Source: Escherichia coli (GTDB taxonomy: Bacteria; Pseudomonadota; Gammaproteobacteria; Enterobacterales; Enterobacteriaceae). From it: a stretch of 64,000 nt of DNA. Position 1 is the stretch's first letter, and each line of letters starts with the position of its first letter. The translations under genes and the position numbers were made by a program. Positions 56,938 to 64,000 of the stretch are shown here, one piece after another. The notes beneath the pieces are model-generated. The model searched no databases, was not told the DNA's origin, and saw nothing but the letters and a program-made list of their open reading frames with translations. Where the stretch lies: the NCBI RefSeq assembly GCF_016903815.1, contig NZ_CP069973.1; one strand, written 5' to 3'.

Positions 56938-59433
56938 TCAGAAGGTTAATTCCGTTTCCAGCAGCGTCAGGATGCTTTGCGCATCTTGCGCGGCGAACAG
57001 CGACTGGCGGAAGTTTTTATTCACCAGTTTACGCGCCAGCTGCGAGAAGACTTTCACATGATTCATCCCTTCGTTAGCGCCCAGTGTCAGCATGATCACC
57101 AGTTCGACTTCGCCCATTTCTGACTGCCAGTCAACCGGTTTCACCAGCCGGGCAATGCTGATACTGGAATGACGGATCCACTGAGATTTGGTGTGCGGGA
57201 TCGCTACGCCAAAACCAACGCCGGTGGTAACAATCTCTTCCCGCTGCCAGACATCCTCTTCCAGCTCGAACGGATGTTCAGTACGCCCGTTAACGCCGAG
57301 GTTGCCGCACAGAAACTGGATCGCCTGCTCTTTATTACTAACGGCCTGATCAACGAAGATATTCTCCAGCGCCAGCAGCGGGCGAACGTCTTCTTCCGGC
57401 GTAAAGGCGGTGAGTAACGCTTCAATTTCCTGCGCGCTGCGACATTCACACGCCTGACGTGCCAGTTCCCGACACGCCTCGCTATCCAGTTGACGAAGCT
57501 GGCTTTTCACCGCCGGAATGCGCGGGCTACTCATACTCAGCTCATCCAGGCCCAGCCCAAGCAGTAGCGGCAGATAACGGCTTTCACCGCCCAGTTCACC
57601 GCAAATTCCTACCCATTTGCCCCGCTGATGCGCAGTGGTAACTATTTGCTGCAACATGCGCAGGAACGATGGCGTAATCGGGTTATATAGCGGCGATACA
57701 CGCGGGTTATTACGATCGACCGCATACAGATACTGGGTCATATCGTTAGAACCGATACTGAAGAAATCGACCTCATCGCAGAAGTGATCGATGATGTAGC
57801 ACACCGATGGCACTTCCACCATGATACCCAGCGTAATCGTCTCTGCATGACGCAGGCCATCGCGCTTAAGCTCAACGATCGCTTTTTGGATCTCGCCCTT
57901 CACCCATAAGATCTGATCGAGGCTGTGGACCATCGGGATCATCAACTGGGCGTTGCCGAAACTGGCGGCGCGCAAAATAGCCCGCAGTTGAGTGCGGAAC
58001 AGGCCAGCAAATTCCGGGTAAATTCGTACCGCACGATAGCCGAGGAACGGGTTCTCTTCCTGGGGAATGTTGAGGTAAGGAATGCTTTTATCGCCGCCGA
58101 TGTCCATTGTGCGGAAGATAATCGGCTTGTCGCCCGCGGCCAGTAGCACCTGCTGGTAGGCTTCAAATTGCTCCTGCTCGTCCGGCGCGCTGTCGCGATC
58201 CATATAGAGCATTTCGGTACGGAACAGCCCGACGCCTTCCGCGCCGTTGGCAAACGCGCCAGGCGCTTCCAGAGCGGTGCCAATATTCGCCGCGATATCA
58301 ATACGCTTGTTATCACGGGAATAAGCCAGCTGCGCGGCAGCCTGCGCCTGTTGTTTTTGGCGTTTATCCGCCAGCGTCTGCGCGACCTGATAATAACCGC
58401 TCACCGCGTCATTCGGGTTAATCGCCAGCACGCCGCACTGGGCGTCAAGCACTGCCGGTTGCCCGGCATAACGGGCAATCGCATCCAGCGGCAGGCCGCT
58501 CAGTACCGGGATCGCCGAGGCGCGGGCCAGAATCAGGGTATGCGAGGTGCGCCCGGTTTTCTCCAGAATCATGCCCGCAAGATTTTTTAAATCGAGGCTC
58601 AAAAACTGGCTTGGGGTTAAATCTTCAGCCACCAGAATAGTCGGTTTTTCAAGCACCAGATTATTGCGCGGTTTTAGTTCCGGCCAGGTGATATGCAGTA
58701 ACTGTTCGCTGATATCGCGAATGTCGCTGACCCGCTCGCGCAGATAATCGCTGGCAGAAGCAGAAAGTTTGGCACAAACTTGCTCCATATTGCTGATGAT
58801 CGCCGCCCCCAGCCCCTGATGCTGTTCTGCCATCAGGTGACGGATATTGCCTGCAAATTCATCATCCTGAATCAGCGACAAATGGGCGCTGAGGATAGTT
58901 TTGCTTTCGCCGTCACGCTCACGCAGCTGCTGGTTCAGTTGCTCGGCAAGCGTTGCCAGGCTGTGCTCCAGCCGGGTGGAGTCTTGCGCACTGGCCGGGA
59001 TGGCCCGATAACTGTCGAGGCTGTCGCTCTGTAACAGGGTCAGCGTACCCACGCCGACGCCGCTTGCCAGCACATTGCCGTACAGTAAATCAGGATTCAG
59101 ACGGCTTAATGAACGCGGCAGCGGATGCGCCGTCAGTTCTGCCTGTGTTGGCTGGATGCTGTCGCTGTCGATAAAGCGCACCTGGATGTACTCTTCCAGC
59201 ACGCGCCGCGCCTGCTCTTCATCGCTGCCGCTAATGTTCAGGCTGCAACTGTCATTAAATAAAGTGCCGGTGCCAATCAGCGCCAGCGAACTTTTCGCAT
59301 CGGCCTTTGCGTTCTGGCGATGGTTAATAAAAGTGATTTCGCTTTGCCACTGGCTGCACTGTTCTTTAAGTTCCCACGCCGGACGAGCATGAATACCGTT
59401 AGGCAAAGGACAGAGAAATTGAATCGTTAACAT
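56938..59433 (-). CDS. fryA: PTS multiphosphoryl transfer protein FryA (HPr-EI-EIIA fusion)
   Basis: 831 aa with an EI-type PEP-utilising core (GGxTSHxxIxAR-like GRTSHTLILARA) and an EIIA-Fru-like C-terminus. Confidence 0.92.
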   Translation of the reverse strand: MLTIQFLCPLPNGIHARPAWELKEQCSQWQSEITFINHRQNAKADAKSSLALIGTGTLFNDSCSLNISGSDEEQARRVLEEYIQVRFIDSDSIQPTQAELTAHPLPRSLSRLNPDLLYGNVLASGVGVGTLTLLQSDSLDSYRAIPASAQDSTRLEHSLATLAEQLNQQLRERDGESKTILSAHLSLIQDDEFAGNIRHLMAEQHQGLGAAIISNMEQVCAKLSASASDYLRERVSDIRDISEQLLHITWPELKPRNNLVLEKPTILVAEDLTPSQFLSLDLKNLAGMILEKTGRTSHTLILARASAIPVLSGLPLDAIARYAGQPAVLDAQCGVLAINPNDAVSGYYQVAQTLADKRQKQQAQAAAQLAYSRDNKRIDIAANIGTALEAPGAFANGAEGVGLFRTEMLYMDRDSAPDEQEQFEAYQQVLLAAGDKPIIFRTMDIGGDKSIPYLNIPQEENPFLGYRAVRIYPEFAGLFRTQLRAILRAASFGNAQLMIPMVHSLDQILWVKGEIQKAIVELKRDGLRHAETITLGIMVEVPSVCYIIDHFCDEVDFFSIGSNDMTQYLYAVDRNNPRVSPLYNPITPSFLRMLQQIVTTAHQRGKWVGICGELGGESRYLPLLLGLGLDELSMSSPRIPAVKSQLRQLDSEACRELARQACECRSAQEIEALLTAFTPEEDVRPLLALENIFVDQAVSNKEQAIQFLCGNLGVNGRTEHPFELEEDVWQREEIVTTGVGFGVAIPHTKSQWIRHSSISIARLVKPVDWQSEMGEVELVIMLTLGANEGMNHVKVFSQLARKLVNKNFRQSLFAAQDAQSILTLLETELTF

Positions 59434-59457
59434 AACCGCTCCGGGTTAATCAGGAGA

Positions 59458-60495
59458 TCATCTGAAATCCGTCAGTTGAACAACCGTCTCACGCGTAAGA
59501 CGTTGAATAAGGGCAGATAAAAGTTGCTGCATCTGCAAAATGTCGCGGCAATCGGCAATCGATGCCGCACAATGTCCGTGGCGCGTCGCTGGCCCCATCA
59601 CCACCGTGGGTACGCCGGTGCCAGTTAAATGCACCGCTCCGCCATCTGTGCCGCCGTTGCTGAACATATCCGCCTGCAACGGTACGCCAATTTCTGCCGC
59701 CACGGTTTCAATCCACGCGGTAAGTTTTGGCGGCGCAATCAGCGACTTGTCGCTTAATACCAGCATCGGCCCGTTACCAATCTGGCGATGGTTAGCCGCG
59801 CCATAATCAAAGTTTTTCGCCCAGCAGGCGGTATCAAGCACAATGGCGACATCCGGCGACACCGCGCGGGTGGCAGTTTTCCCGCCGCGTAATCCCACCT
59901 CTTCGCTGGAACTTGCCACCAGCCACACTTCCGCAGGCAGTTCGGCGTCGTGCAGCTCACGCAGTAACGTCACCAGCAGATAGCAACCGAGGCGGTCATC
60001 AAAGGCTTTCCCCATCACTCGCTGGTGGGGTAGAACCTGAAAAGTTGTATCAAAGGTGACGCGATCGCCTGGACGAATTCCCGCCTGCATCACTTCGTCA
60101 TACGAGCGAGCGCCAATGTCCACGCGCATGGTGCTGACGTCATTTCCCTGCCGGTCGCCATCAAGCAGACCGGGAATTTTGCACTCTTCACGGGTGGTGA
60201 TGCGCACCGGCTGCAGCTGGCGGGCAGCCATGCGCACGTTACCAACTGGCAGCACATCAATCGCCCCTTCGCGGGAGATGCTGCGCACCATAAATCCCAC
60301 TTCATCCATATGCGCACAGATCATCACCTTCGGACCTGTCGATTCATTGAGGCGGATCAGCACCGATCCCAGACCATCAAATCGCACCTCCTTTTGCAGG
60401 CGATCCGCTTCTTCCAGCAGGATCTGCCGCACTTCCTGTTCCGAGGAGGCGATCGCATCTGCCTCGCTCAACGCTTTTAATAGCGATAAATCCAT
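59458..60495 (-). CDS. ypdE: M42-family aminopeptidase YpdE
   Basis: 345 aa in K-12 order. Metal-ligand motifs HMDEVG and SSEEVG. Confidence 0.9.
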   Translation of the reverse strand: MDLSLLKALSEADAIASSEQEVRQILLEEADRLQKEVRFDGLGSVLIRLNESTGPKVMICAHMDEVGFMVRSISREGAIDVLPVGNVRMAARQLQPVRITTREECKIPGLLDGDRQGNDVSTMRVDIGARSYDEVMQAGIRPGDRVTFDTTFQVLPHQRVMGKAFDDRLGCYLLVTLLRELHDAELPAEVWLVASSSEEVGLRGGKTATRAVSPDVAIVLDTACWAKNFDYGAANHRQIGNGPMLVLSDKSLIAPPKLTAWIETVAAEIGVPLQADMFSNGGTDGGAVHLTGTGVPTVVMGPATRHGHCAASIADCRDILQMQQLLSALIQRLTRETVVQLTDFR

Positions 60496-61580
60496 TATGC
60501 CTCTCCCGTGAGCAACACTGTTTTCGGCATGGCGTAGAGCACTTCTGCGCCTTGCGGGGTGACCAGCACAACATCCTCGATGCGCACGCCCCCTTGCCCT
60601 GGCAAATAAATCCCCGGCTCCACGGTCAGTAACATGCCTGGCTGTAGCGTCGTGGTGTCCCGCGGTGAAAAACGCGGATCTTCATGGACTTCAATGCCGA
60701 TAGCATGACCGGTGTTATGACCGAAATAGTCGCCATAACCGGCTTCTGTAATCACCCGGCGCGCGGCGTCGTCAACCTGCTGGCAACGCACGCCGGGGCG
60801 AATCGCGGAGATTGCCGCGAGCTGTGCCTGCAAAACAATCTGATAGACGTCAAACAGCGGGTGAGATTCGGCGCTCACCCCTTCGCCATTCACCAGCAAG
60901 GTACGCGTCATATCAGAGCAGTAGCCCTGATACAGCGCACCGAAATCGAGAGTGACAAACTCGCCCGCTGCAACAATCTTGTCGCTGGCTTTGCCGTGCG
61001 GTAGCGCCCCACGCCAGCCGCTGGCGACAATGGTATCGAAAGAGGCTTTTTCTGCGCCCTGCTGGCGCATAAACCACTCCAGTTCAGCGGCTATCTCGCG
61101 CTCGCTCATCCCCGCCTGAATAAAGCGGCGAATATGCTCAGCACCGCGATCGGCAATCCCACAGGCGAGGCGGATTTTCTCCACCTCCTCTGGCGTTTTG
61201 ATTTGCCGCAGCACATCCGGCGTGGCGCTAACCAGTTTCGCATTGAGTTCAGACTGCCAGCGGTGCGCGGTTTCCCAACATACCTGCTGGCCTTCAAAAC
61301 CGAGCGTTTGCAACTGCTCATCGGCAATGATTTGATTGACGATAGTGGTAAGCGTGTTCGTCGCGTCAAGCAAATGCAGCTGGTAGCCTTGCGTGCGGGC
61401 TTCTACATCCGCGTAATAGCGCGAGTCCACCAGAATGTGCGCACTTTCACGGCTAATCAGCACATAGCCTGATCCGGTGGAGATCCCCAGATGCGGCTGT
61501 TTGTTCTGCCGTGAGGAGAGAAGCACCGCATCCAGTTGTTGCGCCTTAAGCCAGTCACGCAGCGAAGCGAGTAATGTCAT
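60495..61580 (-). CDS. ypdF: M24-family Xaa-Pro aminopeptidase YpdF
   Basis: 361 aa with a pita-bread fold signature ([13 protein letters not shown]). Confidence 0.9.
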   Translation of the reverse strand: MTLLASLRDWLKAQQLDAVLLSSRQNKQPHLGISTGSGYVLISRESAHILVDSRYYADVEARTQGYQLHLLDATNTLTTIVNQIIADEQLQTLGFEGQQVCWETAHRWQSELNAKLVSATPDVLRQIKTPEEVEKIRLACGIADRGAEHIRRFIQAGMSEREIAAELEWFMRQQGAEKASFDTIVASGWRGALPHGKASDKIVAAGEFVTLDFGALYQGYCSDMTRTLLVNGEGVSAESHPLFDVYQIVLQAQLAAISAIRPGVRCQQVDDAARRVITEAGYGDYFGHNTGHAIGIEVHEDPRFSPRDTTTLQPGMLLTVEPGIYLPGQGGVRIEDVVLVTPQGAEVLYAMPKTVLLTGEA

Positions 61581-61594
61581 CTGGATTTTCCTTC

Positions 61595-62842
61595 TTACAG
61601 GCTATCGATTAACAATTTGCCTTTACGGAACATCATCAGACGCAGGAACACCACCATCAGCGCAGTTATGACTGCCCCCAGCGCGATCCCCGCCATGTAG
61701 ACGCCGAGGTTAGTGACCAGCGGCCATGCCCAGATAGCGGACTCCGGGAACCATTGCACTGCGCCCAGCCAGACTGCAGCGGTTGAGCCGACAATCGCGC
61801 CGACCATATAGGACGGAATGGCGGTGATGGGGCTTTCCAGTGCAAACGGAATCGCACCTTCACTGATCCCCATAAAGGCCAGGAACATGGCGGTTTTACC
61901 CTGCGGATAAAGCTGAGCGTTGAACAGGCGTTTGCCGGTTAAACGGCGGTCGATAATGGTCGCCAGACCCAGACCAATCGGCGGAATAACGATAGCGATA
62001 GAACGTGCGGTGACCGGTAATACGTGGTCCGTGGTAAAGCTGAAGGCAACGAAACCAGCTGCTTTGTTGATCGGGCCACCAAGGTCGATTGCTGTCGCCG
62101 CGGCGATCCCCATCGCGTACATCAGCGCGCCCTTCTCACCTGCGGCAGTCAGCACGGTACGGATACCGCCGTTGATCCAGCCGCCAAAGGGGGTGATGAC
62201 GTAGTACATCGCCAGCATGACAAAAATGGCGGAAAGAATCGGTAGCAAAAAAGTGGTTTTGAACGCTAACAGGAAATCCGGTAACTGGATTTTCTGGTTC
62301 ATCCATTTCACAAGGTAACCAGCAACGATAGAAATAATCAGGGCACCAATGAAGGTGGACGGCACCGGCGAAGAGGTCGCCCATTGCATAGTGCTGGGAT
62401 CGAAGTTCAGCAGTTGCGTCGGCTGGGTAGACATCAAGCCGCCGATAAAACCAGCCGGGAACGCCAGTTTGCCACCGATAGAGTTCGCCACAAATGCAGC
62501 AAACATCGGAATGGCGAAACCAAACAACACGCCGCCGAAGGATTGCGACAGCCAGGCAAATTTCAGTAAGGAAAGGTCGAAACCGGAGAATTTCCCGCTA
62601 TTAAGAGCATCCATGATGCCGATATCAGCAGGAATTTTAAGCCAGCTATAAGCAATCAGCTGGCTGAAAGCGAGGATCACACCGCCCATAATTAAGGTCG
62701 GCACCATGCGTGAAATCCCTGACATCACATGCTGCGGGAGTTCACCCCAGAAGCTGCTTTTAGAGGCCTGCGGATTCTTAACTGCCGCTGCCGCACCGGA
62801 TGCGCCAGGCACAACGGTTGCACTGCGTTTTTTAATGGCCAT
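61595..62842 (-). CDS. fryC: PTS fructose-like EIIC component FryC
   Basis: 415-aa polytopic membrane protein in K-12 order. Confidence 0.9.
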   Translation of the reverse strand: MAIKKRSATVVPGASGAAAAVKNPQASKSSFWGELPQHVMSGISRMVPTLIMGGVILAFSQLIAYSWLKIPADIGIMDALNSGKFSGFDLSLLKFAWLSQSFGGVLFGFAIPMFAAFVANSIGGKLAFPAGFIGGLMSTQPTQLLNFDPSTMQWATSSPVPSTFIGALIISIVAGYLVKWMNQKIQLPDFLLAFKTTFLLPILSAIFVMLAMYYVITPFGGWINGGIRTVLTAAGEKGALMYAMGIAAATAIDLGGPINKAAGFVAFSFTTDHVLPVTARSIAIVIPPIGLGLATIIDRRLTGKRLFNAQLYPQGKTAMFLAFMGISEGAIPFALESPITAIPSYMVGAIVGSTAAVWLGAVQWFPESAIWAWPLVTNLGVYMAGIALGAVITALMVVFLRLMMFRKGKLLIDSL

Positions 62843-62863
62843 AACAATTATCCCTGTCGAATA

Positions 62864-63190
62864 TTACTGTTGTTCAGAGGCAATCATCTCTTCGATTTCT
62901 TTGATGATGCCCGCAGCGTTTTTAATTGCGTCCTGCAAAGTGATTTCATAAACGTCGCGTGATTCGAAACGTTCGTTATCTTCCGGGGTAACCGCCACGG
63001 AGTGGATGATGATGGTCGCTTCGGCGATATCCTGCGCGGTCAGACGATTCTGGATACCGTCCGCACCCTGGGTTTCAATTTTCACTTCATAACCGGCTTC
63101 TACCGCCGCTTCTTCCAGCGCCTGAGCGGCCATAAAGGTGTGAGCCAGGCCCATTGGGCAGGCACATAAGGCAATCAGTTTCTTACTCAT
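62864..63190 (-). CDS. fryB: PTS fructose-like EIIB component FryB
   Basis: 108 aa from MSKKLIALCACPMGLAHTFMAAQALE (active-site Cys). Confidence 0.9.
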   Translation of the reverse strand: MSKKLIALCACPMGLAHTFMAAQALEEAAVEAGYEVKIETQGADGIQNRLTAQDIAEATIIIHSVAVTPEDNERFESRDVYEITLQDAIKNAAGIIKEIEEMIASEQQ

Positions 63191-63360
63191 CGTTAATTCC
63201 TCGTTCAGTGATAGTTGACGAGTGAAATTATGAACGTGCAAAACAAATCGCCGTTACCAGACAAATAATGCATTTACTGGAGAATTAATCCCGCTGCACG
63301 GAAGTGTGACGCAGGTCGGCCTTGTGAGGGGACACAAAGGAAAATTGAATTAACTGTATG

Positions 63361-63395
63361 ATTTAAAAGATTATCGGGAGAGTTACCTCCCGATA
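63361..63395 (-). terminator. Likely glk terminator
   Basis: The minus strand reads TATCGGGAG-GTAACT-CTCCCGATA followed by ATCTTTTAAAT. Confidence 0.5.
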
Positions 63396-63408
63396 TAACA
63401 GGAAGGAG

Positions 63409-64000
63409 TTACAGAATGTGGCCTAAGGTCTGGCGTAAATGTGCGCCGGAACCGAGAAGGCCCGGATTGTCATGGACAATGAGATACACCGGAATATCAT
63501 GGACATATTCTTTAAAGCGCCCTTTATCCTCAAATGCGGCACGGAAACCGGAGGCTTTGAAGAACTCAAGGAAACGTGGCACGATGCCACCTGCAATATA
63601 AACCCCACCGAAAGTTCCCAGCGTCAATGCAAGGTTGCCGCCAAAACGACCCATAATCACACAAAATAGCGACAACGCGCGGCGACAATCGGTGCAGCTG
63701 TCAGCCAGCGCGCGTTCAGTAATATCTTTTGGCTTGAGATTTTCTGGCAGGCGGTTGTCGGCTTTCACAATCGCGCGATACAAATTCACCAGCCCAGGAC
63801 CAGAAAGCACGCGCTCTGCCGAAACATGACCAATTTCTGCACGCAGTATTTCGAGGATAATGGCCTCTTCTTCACTATTCGGCGCAAAATCAACGTGACC
63901 GCCTTCGCCTGGCAAACTTACCCAACGCTTATCGACATGGACCAGATGCGCAACCCCAAGCCCCGTTCCGGCACCGTAAACCGCAATAGGCTTACCTTCG
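63409..64000 (-). CDS. glk: Glucokinase, C-terminal part (gene continues beyond the right edge)
   Basis: ...[55 protein letters not shown]...[10 protein letters not shown] matches the Glk C-terminus. Confidence 0.95.
   Translation of the reverse strand, partial: EGKPIAVYGAGTGLGVAHLVHVDKRWVSLPGEGGHVDFAPNSEEEAIILEILRAEIGHVSAERVLSGPGLVNLYRAIVKADNRLPENLKPKDITERALADSCTDCRRALSLFCVIMGRFGGNLALTLGTFGGVYIAGGIVPRFLEFFKASGFRAAFEDKGRFKEYVHDIPVYLIVHDNPGLLGSGAHLRQTLGHIL

Noticed and set aside
52117-59392. Numerous 60-150-aa ORFs antisense to or out of frame with alaC, ypdA, ypdB, fryA (and similarly inside evgS, dsdA, oxc, frc, ypdE/F, fryC)
   Set aside because: All lie wholly within long, well-recognised genes. 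They show Arg/Ser/Pro-rich off-frame composition and no independent start signals.

Overview
This window is Escherichia coli chromosome at the variable argW-dsdCXA locus, running into the conserved dsdA-emrYK-evgAS-yfdEV-oxc-frc-...-fry-glk block. It has four parts. (1) 1-18043 is the right-hand ~18 kb of a mosaic lambdoid prophage. It carries a lambda-type S/R/Rz/Rz1 lysis cassette and tR', a non-lambda Q, and a nin region with RusA, NinB/E/F/H, a Dam-like methyltransferase and a Rha/KilAC antirepressor. It also carries a DnaB-type helicase plus an initiator gene containing ori iterons, lambda-type cII/oop/nutR, a phage-434-type cro-OR-cI-hex-OL immunity module, lambda-type nutL/N, cIII, kil, RecT and Gp157. 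It ends with a TorI-type excisionase and a 16-nt argW core. (2) 18028-28350 is a ~10.3 kb integrative element bounded by direct repeats of the argW 3' end. It has its own P4-type integrase, AlpA-type regulators, an HUH (inovirus-Gp2-like) Rep and a small serine recombinase with a res-like site. The main hunting result lies here: an AT-rich, self-contained two-gene operon (23408-26862, minus strand) encoding an 821-aa four-TM protein and a 330-aa soluble protein. I recognise no domain in either, so I propose it as a candidate undescribed phage-defence or abortive-infection system. (3) 28351-34136 is the cscBKAR sucrose islet, which has replaced dsdC and most of dsdX. (4) 34154-64000 is ordinary core sequence in K-12 gene order. 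I saw no rRNA, intact tRNA or CRISPR array. All homology statements come from reading the translations and recalling reference sequences; no database search or alignment was run.
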